Shown: positions 1-11,171 of the stretch, in pieces
How the letters are laid out: each line of letters starts with the position of its first letter
Numbering within the stretch: position 1 is the stretch's first letter
From: Octopus bimaculoides
Taxonomy: Eukaryota
Assembly (NCBI RefSeq): GCF_001194135.2
Contig: NC_069003.1
Coordinates: forward strand, 11,867,909 to 11,931,908
DNA: 64,000 nucleotides
Reading direction: 5' to 3'
Notes under the pieces: model-generated
What the model saw: only the letters and a program-made list of their open reading frames with translations
The model's database searches: none
Told to the model about the DNA's origin: nothing
Made by a program: the position numbers and the translations under genes

Positions 1-66
1 TAAAAATGTATGTATAAATTCCCATACATAAATATAACCAGATTTATATAGAATTTATACACGAGG

Positions 67-107
<41 letters not shown>

Positions 108-1532
108 AAATAAAATCAGGAGGTGTCCGTCTAAAGCATTTCTTTTCGAACATTAAGACAACCGATGTTAAAGGATTAGAAACGGTTTCGAAATCGGGTC
201 GCGCCGTCATTTAATTACAACTATTTATTCCAAAATCTTAAACTCGAATTTAACAGGAAATGCCACCAGACACGGCAAATGTATAGCAAATATTTATATA
301 GGCCTANNNNNNNNNNNNNNNNNNNNNNNNNNNNNNNNNNNNNNNNNNNNNNNNNNNNNNNNNNNNNNNNNNNNNNNNNNNNNNNNNNNNNNNNNNNNNN
401 NNNNNNNNNNNNNNNNNNNNNNNNNNNNNNNNNNNNNNNNNNNNNNNNNNNNNNNNNNNNNNNNNNNNNNNNNNNNNNNNNNNNNNNNNNNNNNNNNNNN
501 NNNNNNNNNNNNNNNNNNNNNNNNNNNNNNNNNNNNNNNNNNNNNNNNNNNNNNATATATATATTGCAACTGTTAAGTTTTTACGAGTAGTTAGGTCGAA
601 TGATAGATAGTATACAGGTAGTTAAATGGAAACCTTTTAATAAAAAAAACATTCGCTATAAATGAGTTTTTCTTTCCGCATACTTGTAAAATAATTTTGA
701 AAAGATAACATTTTTTCTTTTTCTCGATTATTCTAAATTTGCGAGAAAGTCTCCTCGCCCCTTTAAATCTTCGCACACACACATATATTATATATATATA
801 TATGTGTGTGTATATGTATATGTATATACGCAAGCGCGCATATATATTATATATAGTTGTACTTCAATTATTTCAAGAGGAATGTAGTCGTTCTAAGTGT
901 TAGAAATAGCAGTTAAAACTCTTTCGAAACACACTCTAGCGTCTTCTAGAAGGGAGGAACCATTAGTAAACAATCATGTGTATGTGTGTGCGCGCGAGTA
1001 TATGCATATACGTATATGTATGTATGTATGCACATTTATACAAGGAGAAAAGAAAGATTGATCACAACTAGAATGTTTTTGCTAAGATACTTTGCGATAA
1101 ACTCAGAGTTAAACAACAACTCTGCACATTCGGATGTGTATCAATTTCTAGACCCACATCTGATTTTTTTTCTGCTCATTTGTTTTGTTTTTTCTTTCCC
1201 CGCAATAAAAAAAAAACTTAAGAAGTCTGTTCTTGTTTCTCAGTCCTCAGTTCAGCCCCGATGGCGTAGATGTATGATCGAAGCCGTTCCAACCGCAACA
1301 GTCCCGGCTTTTTATATGCATCATCATTAAAGGCTACATCATCAAATAAATCCTTTTCTTCACCCTCTTTTTTTTAAGAAACCGTGTGTGATTTGGGAGG
1401 GATTTAGCTGTTGTTTCTAACAGATCAACTGACCTGCTCACTCAGCTAAGCAAAGAATAAATTTTTTAAAAAACGGTGAAGAAACGAAAGAAAAATAAAG
1501 CATACAAAAGAAGACGAAAGGATGATACTCAC

Positions 1533-1638
1533 CGATAAGGCCCCCAATTAAGAAGAATATAACCAGAGCAATGAATAAACATATCCCTAAAAAGGATAGC
1601 TTTCTCCAACTTAAAGTTTCCAGAACCACTCCGGTCAT
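1533..1638 (-). CDS. WLS: Wntless (WLS/GPR177/Evi) first coding exon, 35 codons + 1 nt; gene continues beyond the left edge
   Basis: ATG at 1638-1636 gives MTGVVLETLSWRKLSFLGICLFIALVIFFLIGGLI, then a phase-1 donor G|GTGAGT (1532-1527). It matches the recalled Wntless N-terminus (human MAGAIIENMSTKKLCIVGGILLVFQIIAFLVGGLIA; fly MSGTILENLSGRKLS...LLGGL). No second exon was recognised in 1-1532. Confidence 0.93.
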
Positions 1639-2509
1639 GTTGCCGAGTCTTGCTTATGTATTTAATAATAATAATATTTATATATATATAAGCAATAATA
1701 AATTTCTGAGCGATATATATATATATATGTGTGTGTGTGTATTATTTATCACCACCGACTATATCGTTATCGTTCTCGATTCCGATATATATCTATATTT
1801 ATATATCGTTTTACCAGAAATTCTTTTAGATAGTCATCTGTCTATATTTGTGTATATATGCGTTGAGTATATATGTGTAGATATATCATATATAGTTATC
1901 ACCACTATTTATTACAGATATACATCTATATAGCAAGGTACTAATAAGATCGGTATCTGCACGTGTATACATATATATATCCTTGCTTTTTAGAGATAGG
2001 TATGTAGATAGATACATAGACAGATAAGATGTGTATCAAGGAAGATGGTATACAAGACTAAATGTCGACGAAATAAGTGATCCAAGTGTGCCTTTACCCT
2101 TGCCAAGGCAGATCAAAATACGTAATTTAGAAATAGCAATAATAATAATATGAAGAGAAAAAAAGCAAAAGGCGAATCAGAGGGCGAGGCAAGGCAAGGC
2201 ACGACACGGACAGGCAAGTAGTTCAGAGGATATCCAGCCGGAGAATGTAGTGGGAAGAGTAGTCTTTGGACGTTGGAGTCGAAAAACTAGTAACTATATA
2301 TATATAGATAGATAGATAGATAATATATATATATATATATATAATGGAGTATTTACTCTGTGTATGAGTAGTATATACTGATATATAAATATATAAGCGT
2401 TGAAAAGTAAGTGGGGGCAAGTGAAGCAACAAAGCGACGGCCGATTAGCTTCATTCGGCTGTGCACGTCGTTGGGAATTGTTTGTACCCGATAGCCTTCT
2501 AGTGGCGCC

Positions 2510-4005
2510 CTCATCCCCTTTCCCTCCTCCTCTCTCTTTCTCTGCTTCTCCGTTTCCTTCTCTCTTTCCCTCCCTCTCTCTCTCTCTATTTATATATCTT
2601 TTTCTTTCTATATTTCTATATTACTTTCTTCACCACCGAACACTTTTTCCTTCTACTCTGTCTCCTCAGCTTTATTTCTGTCATCATTATTTCTCATTTG
2701 TAAACTCCTTATTTTTCCATTTTCTCTTTCTTCTTTCTCTCGGCCTTTCTCTGTCTCTCTTTCTCTATCTGCCTACGTCTCTCTCTCTCTCTCTCTCCTT
2801 CTCTGTACATATATTTGTTTCTTTCTCTATCACTTCATTATTATTTCTTTGCATTTCTATTCAACTCTAGTTTCAAACTCTCTATTTTCCATTTCCCTTT
2901 CTCTCTCTCTCTCTCACTTTTCTTACTCATTCTTCCTCTTATTCCTCTTCCCTCTTCTTTCTTCTTACTCATTTTCCTTCCGCCCTTTCACTTTCTTTTC
3001 TTATTTCCATCTTTATTTTTTTGGCATTTCTTTCGCCACCCCTCTATATTTTCCTTGTACCTTTTTCTCCTTCAGTCTCATTACATTCCCTTTCTCGTCA
3101 TTCTTTTAATCAGACCGCTTTTCTCTCGATTTTATTTCTTTTTCTCTCGTTCTTTCTTTCTGTCTCTCACTTTTACTTTTTCACGATCCTTTTTTTCTTT
3201 CAGTTTCTTCTCATACTAATCTTTCTCCCTTTCTCTCCTTTCATTTTCTATTTGCCCCTTTTTCTTTGTCTAACTCTCTTTTCCTTCAATTCTACCCCTA
3301 TACTGCTCGTCATCCTTTTCTCAATCGTTCTTCCCTCTTTCATTTTCCTCTTTTTTTCTTTCCCTCTTCTCCTATCCGTTTCTCCTTTTCGTTTAGTTTA
3401 TCATTTTTCTTCCTTCCCCTCCTAACTACCTTTACGCTATCTATATCTGTTTTTCTCTTCCACTATTTCTCCTTCTCATCTTTTTTCTCACATTTCTTTC
3501 ATTCCACTTTCTTTCTCTCACTTTTTTTAGTTTTTCTTCAGTCCCTGTTCTTTCTCTCTTGCCCTCTCTCTCTTCCTCCCTCCCCTCTCTCTCTAGCTCT
3601 CTTTCTCTTACAATCTTAGAATTTTTTCTGACTTCTACCTTTTTCCTTCCGTCTCTCTAACTTCAAGTCAGTTTACCTCTTCTCTCTTTATCAATCCCTT
3701 CAATTCTCTCTCTCTCTCTCTCCTTGCTGGTCTGTATTATTCTCATTTCAATTCACATCTTTCCATCCTACCCACTCTTTGCATCTGACCTTTCTTTTTC
3801 ACTATTTCGCCCATCTTCTCTAATATTCTCCTTCCTTCTCTGTCTCTATCAATTTCTTCTCTCTATTACACTGTCTTTCTCACTACTCCTCTCTCTCCCT
3901 TATCTATGGCTGCCTGTCTGTCTATTCTTTGCCTATTTCGCCTTTATTTCTCTATATTCTTTCTACTACCAATGTCTTTGTCTTATCTATTTAGCCAGCT
4001 TTCTG

Positions 4006-4052
<47 letters not shown>

Positions 4053-4161
4053 GTCTGTCAATCTGTCTATCTATCTATCTATCTATATCTATCTATCTAT
4101 CTATTTATCTATCTATCTATCCATCTATCTATCTATCTATATCTATCTATCTATCTATCTA

Positions 4162-4194
<33 letters not shown>

Positions 4195-4440
4195 ATATCT
4201 ATCTATCTATCTATCTATTTATATGGATTCTTAGCATTATACTTCGCTTTTTCTTTATATATCTTTCCTATATTCTTTCTACTTTACTTAAATTTTGTCT
4301 CTCTCCTCCCTCTTCATCCCTCCCACTCTCTCTATTCTTCACACTTTGTGTCACTAATTCTCCCTCCCTATCTGCTCTCTCTTTCTCTCTCTCTCTCTCT
4401 CTTCCTCCCCCTCCCTCGCATTCACTCTTGCGCGCAATGA
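2510..4440. repeat. ~1.9-kb pyrimidine-rich (CT/TTC) low-complexity tract including a (CTAT)n microsatellite at ~4005-4220
   Basis: The plus strand is strongly C/T-biased; long (ATCT)n run. Confidence 0.95.
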
Positions 4441-4689
4441 AAAAAAAATCAACTGGAAAGTAGAACGCTTCCATTTCTATCCAAAGGGGACAGGCATGTG
4501 CCGGGGCTTGTTTGTCTTGCTTGCTATATACTTGCTTGCAAACTTGCTTTTTTATTTTTTATGATTTTCTGTTTGTTTCACGTTTTCATTTTATATTTTA
4601 TGTATTTTTCATCTCTATAGGGGTTGTTTGTCCTGGTATGTTTCTTTTTTTCCTTCTTTTTCTTTGAAAAACAAAGATTTGAATGGAAG

Positions 4690-4740
4690 AAAGAGGGGCG
4701 GCCTAGCTGACTTGATTGGTTGGGCGGCTGGCTTACTTGT
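4690..4740. promoter_or_regulatory. Promoter-like motif cluster (GC boxes, CCAAT)
   Basis: GGGGCGG (4695-4701), ATTGG (4715-19) and GGGCGG (4722-27), next to CpG-rich unique sequence; minus-strand donor GTAAGC at 4736-4731. Confidence 0.3.
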
Positions 4741-5913
4741 CTTCAATGATTTTTTCTCCTTCTATATCTTTTACACTTCCCTTTATTTCTCATATATCTC
4801 TTTCCTTATTCTCCCTTATATCTCCCACCTTTTCTCTCTCTCTCCTTTTTTTTTATCTCTCCCTCTTTTTCGTATCGAGTAAAAATTCTTGTCGACGATG
4901 TCGCGTCATGTTTTACTCATTTCTTCATACCATGACTCGGTCAGACGGTATATAGAACTACATCCAGCATAAACCTAAATATTGATGCTTCTCTTACAGA
5001 ATCTACTGCGCTATGTTTCGACTTCATCTCCATGCATGTATTAAAATAAGTCGCGTTCAAAACTGCCTCAATCGACTTTGTCTTTCGTTCTTCCACAGCC
5101 GAAATAACAAATCTTATTCTCATTCAGTTGATTACATCTAATTTCTTTTCAGTGTTGTATATCGGGAGGGTCATTATACTAATAATAAACATATGTACTG
5201 GTTTTATTTCATTTCTTCGTTTGGGGGGGGGGGCTTTTTTTATAGTTTTGTTGTTTTTTGTCAGTTGGTTAACTGATTGTTCCGTTTGGCGACGAAAGGA
5301 TTTTGGCAAGATTAGCTCATTGATTGATTAATTGGCCGAACGATTAATCATCAACGAATTGATTAAATAGTTAACCAATTGACAAATAAAGAAGTGAAAT
5401 AGAACCCTTGTGTGTGTGTTTAATACTGACATAATGACCCTCTCGAAATTTAACAAAATATGGTTCAACGTACGAGTTCATATGAAGAATCTTGCAAACC
5501 AAATACAAAAGCGAAATATTTTCAGTGGCTTTGGTCTTGAAGAAAGGGTTATGGTCATAGATCTTGCAGGACCTCCGACCAGGATCACTCATAAACTGGC
5601 GCATTGAGCGAACTAAACTTTGTTGCTTTTACAAATATAATTTTTAAGGATTTGATGGGGACGGTGGTTTCATACGACGGATAAATGATCCTTTCATACC
5701 CTAACATTGTTTAAAGAAGAAAAATTATACATACTAATAATAAATTTACTAATAAGCCTACTTTGCTAACAAAGTATAATCTCTATTATCTGGATAAATG
5801 AATATCAATTATAATAGCTCGTTAACCCTATCGTTTTCTGCTTGTTTACTGATGTTGGTAGAAAACGAAAATATCTTTCTAGAGTTACTGTAAAAATGAT
5901 TAACAATGCATAG

Positions 5914-6275
5914 AGGCAGGCGTGGCTGTGTGGGAAGAAGCTTGCTTCTCAACCACATGATTCCAAGTACAGTCCTCCTGCGTAGCACCTTGGGCAAGTG
6001 TCTTCTATTATAGACCCGGGTCGATCAAAGATTTGTGGATTTGGTAGACGGAAACTGAAAGAAGCCCGCCGTATATATATTTGTGTGTGTGTGTGTGGTT
6101 GTCAACCACCACCGCTTGACAACCAATGTTGGTGTGTTTACGCCTCCGTAACTTAGCAGTTCGGCAATAAAGACCGATAGAATAAGTACCAGACTAAAAA
6201 AAAAATACTGGAATTCTTCAAAGCGGTGTGCCCCAGCATGGCCGCAGTCTAATGGCTGAAACAAGATAAAAGACA
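5914..6275 (+). mobile_element. tRNA-derived SINE, family A (central TA/TG microsatellite)
   Basis: Head GGCGTGGCTGTGTGG..GAAGCTTGCTTC, core CCTTGGGCAAGTGTCTTCTA..., tail GAAACAAG. More than 15 copies occur in the window. Confidence 0.9.
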
Positions 6276-7029
6276 TTCACGAACAATTAGCAGAAGCTTT
6301 ATTTACGGCACATAGTATTATTTTTTTTTTAGTGTTGGTCTTTGGATGAAAAATAAAATCGACAATTATACACCGAAAGAGACATATTACTGGGGGCTAC
6401 AGCAAAATAATTGGTATGTATCAATCTGTCACTTGCCCATCACCACAAGGAAAATAATCGCGCTATATTCATGACAGCAAAATCTGTACCTTCTATCTGC
6501 AACGGCTGGTAAATGAAATGAGAATGGAGATGTTAAAGCGGTTGCCAAAACCCACCTTTTCATAGGGCTCATTAGAGAGTTCTAGAAAGTCGAATCACAT
6601 GATGACTTGACGCTGATTGCTCGGTTAATCGGCCGATCCCGTGAAATAACAGTGATCTCGCAGTGGTGTGATTTGAATCTGCTACAAACCTTTTTTCACC
6701 AGCTGAATGACTTGACGCAGCAGACGACAGCAACTCATAAACTATATATATTTAGGGTGTTCGGCCTCAATTTGATGAGTTCCAGATTTGAGATTGCTAC
6801 AAATAGTAGCCAAATGTTTCTCAATTCACAGAATTTTGTTTGATTTAAAAAAAATTTCTACTAAAAAGACGCATCAAGTAAAGGATTGTACAAGATTACG
6901 TAAAGAATATAGACGCTGACGTGGTTGTGTGGTAAGAAACTTGCTTCCTAACCACATGGTTTCGAGTTCAATCTCGAGTGCACCAAACCTCGCGTGTGCG
7001 TATGCTCACATTTTTGTTGATGTTTGTAT

Positions 7030-8463
7030 GAGCGTGTTTACTCGTGCCATGCAGCTTGCGCGAGGGCGTTTATACATCCATATCTGTTAACGGTTATTTT
7101 CAATACTTTTCTCGCTGGATTACTTGTTCGTTTCTCTTTTTGTCATCTGCAATTTCATTTTTGATCTTCTATATATATGCTTTTTACTCCATCTGGCTGT
7201 TTTTCTCTCTACAAAACGGGAAGTTACATTGTGGAACAGTCATTTTATTTATCAACCGACGAGATACATCTGCACCACCGGATGCTCCTGAACTAGTTGT
7301 TGAGTGTCCTACCTCGGAGGAATCGATGCTTGATGTATCGAAACAATTGTGATTAATAATTAATTCTCGTATATTCCATGGATTTCATATACGAACTTCT
7401 GTTTGTTCAAGTTGCAATCCAGCAACTTTTACTGTTTGGCCCTGACTTTTATTAATGCTCATGTCAGAACCGAGAAGCTAGAAAAATGGGTATATCATAT
7501 AGAAGAATAGCTTTACGGGATCCATGTGACTGCGATAATACTGAAAAGGCCAAGTGGAACATCTATTTGTCACTGTTTCTTTTGACGTTTGAATAGGCGG
7601 TATATCTTGAACTAACGTAGAAGAATAGCTATATCATATACAAGAATAGCTTTAGGGAATCCAGGTGACTGTGTGGTGGCACTGAGAAGGCCACAGTTGA
7701 AGTGGAAGATCCATTTGTCTTGATTTCTTTTAACATTTGAATAGGCCGTATGCCCAAAGAGAATTGAAAGATTCAGTTTCAAATTTGAACCAGGGTGAGA
7801 CTACGACCACAGATTTAGGCTTGCGCATGTCTCATCTTCGCTTTCTGCTGCACGTCGTGCGTTTGTTTGGTGTCCATTTTTTGACGGTCTTTTCTTTAGG
7901 AGACATTTTTTTTTATTAGGAATATCAGTAAATAATAGTGAAATGAAATTACAAATGCTATATCCTGTCGATGTTAGTGCAGAAATTCCGACGCTCCATA
8001 TTACAGGAATGGAAGGCAAGGCAACAGTAAGTAATAGTCCAATGAAATTACAAATGCTGTGTCCTGTTTCCTAGTCCTGTATGTGTGTATTATATAAGAG
8101 AAAAACATGTAACAATTGAAGTAGAAAAAAGATGGATTTCATATACAAACTTCTGTTTGTTCTTCAAGTTGCAATCCAGCAACTTTTAGTGTTTGGCCCT
8201 GACTTTCATTAATGCTCATGGCAAAAGAAAGTGGGAAGCTGTAAGGGCTTAAATTTGGATGGGACATTAGATGGTATAACTGGTATGCGAGGTACGAAGA
8301 CAGTGTCACGTTTACCGCAAAGCAGTGAGAATATTTGCCTCAATGCAGTTCCTCATAAGTTTGTGCACAATTAGTATTACCTCCCTTGAACCAGTTACTT
8401 TCACTTTATGGGACAAACAAACACACAAACGGACAAAATTTTTCTTTTATATATATATATAGA
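7030..8463 (-). mobile_element. Non-autonomous, composite Helitron relic
   Basis: 5' end A|TCTATATATATATAAAAG at 8463. Two PIF1-helicase motif fragments (FAMSINESQGQTLKVAGLQLEE at ~8160-8230; MSINKSQGQTVKVAGLQLE at ~7395-7452). A basic N-terminal-like peptide KKKCLLKKRPSKNGHQTNARRAAESEDET at ~7825-7915. A hairpin CTCGCGC...GCACGAG near 7042-7065. Confidence 0.75.
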
Positions 8464-9329
8464 TATATCGTTGCTGTTATGCAAAAAATGTCGTAAGTCC
8501 AAAATGTTGCTTTTTCAGAAAACGAAAATGTAGTTTCATCATTCCATTTCTTTTTACATTATCAACAGTTTCAGCTTAACAATTGTACTTTGTTGGGTGC
8601 ATAAAATCGTAACTCCATGCATGTATGATATTTTTAGTCGGAAATATTTTTGAAAAACTGTCGTATGTGGGGCTTACTACACTTTTGAAAAATGCTAAAC
8701 CGTTGTACTACACTTTGACAATTTTCATCTGAAGCAGCTGGAGATATGATAGTTTGATCAAAAGAACCGACTATTGCAAGCAAAATTAAATATTGAAAAA
8801 AAAACGCATTCGGCCAAATTTAGTTTTGACATACATACATATATATAACGATATATGTGTGTGTATGTTGTGTCTGTGTTTGCTCCCCCCCTTGACAACA
8901 GATGCTAGTGTGTTTACGTCCCCGTAACTTAGCAGTTTGGCAAAAGAAACCGATATAATAAGTACTTGGGTCGATACATTCGACTAAAATTTTAAGGCGG
9001 TGTCTTAGCATGGCCGCAGTCTGATTACCGAAACAAGTAAAAAAATGAACGATATACAAGGTTTTGTAATCTGAGGTAGGGTCTGTGAAAACACAGGATG
9101 GTCACAGATAGAGTGCCTGTGATCGTAGATCTGCTCGACCAGGACGTACGTGAGCCAATCAGCAACAATAATGAGTAGACAGGGAAAAGACTGGAGGATA
9201 AAAAAGACTTGAGAGTACGACGTGTCCGGACTATCAAACTGCATCACGTACGATAGCTGCTATCTTGGTCTCGGCTGATACCGCCAACTGGACGCTCGAA
9301 GGAAGGTGAGGCTTGTTTTCTCTGTACGG

Positions 9330-9560
9330 TAGCAGTGTTGAAAGAGTGCATATGGAGGACAAGAATGGAAGGTTTTGTGACAGGGTCCTATATATCCGGC
9401 CCCGGTTTGCTGAGTTACTTCAGATATCATCTGAAAAGCAAGATGGGGCTGGAAAAGAGGACACTGTCAGCTAGAGTATATGAGCAAAGATGGAAGGAAG
9501 TGATGAAAAAGGTGGGTGCTAGTTGCCCAAATTAACCATCGAAGAAATAAAAAGTGATCT
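9330..9560 (+). mobile_element. L1/Tx1-like LINE ORF2 C-terminal fragment
   Basis: LLSYFRYHLKSKMGLEKRTLSARVYEQRW resembles L1/Tx1 C-termini. A related minus-strand fragment lies at ~9800-9950. Confidence 0.5.
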
Positions 9561-9949
9561 GCTGGGCCTTATAGGCTGCTCGGTTAGAGAATTGAATTTC
9601 TGTATTATTTTTAAAATAAGAACAAAAAACTGATCTGTTCAAGTTCTCAATTTTATTGCAAGTTCTCATTTGTAATTTATTAAATTGTACATAATAGTTA
9701 AAATCAAATTGTAAAGAAGCACGATCTCATTCCTTCTGTGTAATTGTCTGTCCTGTGCCGTCCTCATCTATGTTTGATCTGTAGTGATCATAATAAAGAT
9801 TTTAGCTACTATCTTGGTCTCGGCTGCTTCCCACAACCGTCCGGTTTCGAACCTCCATCACTTAAACGTTCCCAATCCACTTGTTTCTCCATCCATCTCT
9901 CGTTATCCTTGTTGCAGCTAACGTTCCTTTTCTCCGCACTAATTGTGTA

Positions 9950-10467
9950 GCCAATCCAAAATATACAAAATATACAAGTATACGAAGTTTGAAAGTGTTT
10001 CGGTACCAAAACACTACATAAAACATTAATGAAAAATGTTGCCCGTCAAACCAAAAAGATCCCCCTAACCGCAATCCTAAAACTAACCCTAACTCTAAAA
10101 CCCGAACCCTAACCCTAAAACCCTAAAGCTAAAACCAGTACAAACGCACGAACGATGTCATAAATAAGAGTAACACGGGTAGTTGTTGTTGACAAACGGC
10201 ACTAATTTTATTCAAGGGAAAAGATCCCATGACACCGTTGTTTATATTCCACGGCATTAAATGTTTTCACCTCAATAGACGTCAGTGATTGGTTGAAATT
10301 ACCGAAATACGACAACTTTTTACATGAAATAACTTCGAATATGAAAATTTTTTATCTGTTCTATAATACAAAATATACAAGTATACGAAGTTTGAAAGTG
10401 TTTCGGTACCAAAAGCACTACATAAAGCATTAATGAAAAATGTTGCCCGTCAAACCAAAAAGATCCA
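9950..10467. mobile_element. MITE-like repeat with duplicated right end and degenerate CCCTAA repeats
   Basis: About 95-bp direct repeat ATACAAAATATACAAG...GTCAAACCAAAAAGATCC at ~9962-10062 and ~10367-10467; telomere-like repeats at ~10063-10135. Confidence 0.7.
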
Positions 10468-10802
10468 CCAATCCTTCTTTCCTAGAACATCATCATCAAC
10501 CCCTTGGTATTACTGTTATAGAACCGATTATTCGGTTTTGATGGCATATAAGTGACCAAGATCACAACCTTGTTCATTGAAAGAGACAACAGCATGTCGC
10601 AGGGTTACTCTTTTACAGCTGATTGGACTAGAGCAACGTGAAATGAAGTGTTTTGTTTATGAACACAACTTACCACGGAGATCTGGAATCGACCCCACGA
10701 TCTTGCGATCGTGAGTACAACACCCTAACCACTGCAATCTCCCACTCTGCCCATGTCTTTCCTACAGGCGTTGGCTTGCAACAGTTTATCTCTCCTCTCT
10801 GT

Positions 10803-11171
10803 GGAGGCGCAATGGCCCAGTGGTTAGGGCAGCGGACTAGCGGTTTCGATTCCCAGACCGGGCGTTGTGAGTGTTTATTGAGCGAAAACACCTAAATCTC
10901 CACGAGGCTCCGGCAGGGGATGGTGGCGAACCCTGCTGTACTCTTCCACCACAACTTTCTCTCACTCTTACTTCCTGTTTCTGTTGTGCCTGTAATTCAA
11001 AGGGTCAGCCTTGTCACACTGTGTCACGCTGAATATCCCCGAGAACTACGTTAAGGGTACACGTGTCTGTGGAATGCTCAGCCACTTGCACGTTAATTTC
11101 ACGAGCAGGCTGTTCCGTTGATCGGATCAACTGGAACTCTCGACGTCGTAAACGACGGAGTGCCAACAACA
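10803..11171 (+). mobile_element. tRNA-derived SINE, family C (young)
   Basis: Head GGAGGCGCAATGGCCCAGTGGTTAGG (box A) and GGTTTCGATTCCC (box B); (CAA)n tail. Near-identical to 21500-21872 and 40389-40738. Confidence 0.9.

Noticed and set aside
2400-4463. Several 100-240 aa hydrophobic F/L/S-rich ORFs that look like membrane proteins
   Set aside because: Translations of the CT-rich and (CTAT)n low-complexity tract; open in all frames, no family signature.
4941-5607. Short ORFs in unique sequence upstream of WLS (4941-5123, 5371-5604, 5410-5607)
   Set aside because: No recognisable homology and no consistent splice-site pairs.
10803-10880. tRNA-like sequences with A and B boxes (also other SINE heads)
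   Set aside because: They are SINE heads continuing into repeat bodies; no complete cloverleaf, so not called tRNA genes.
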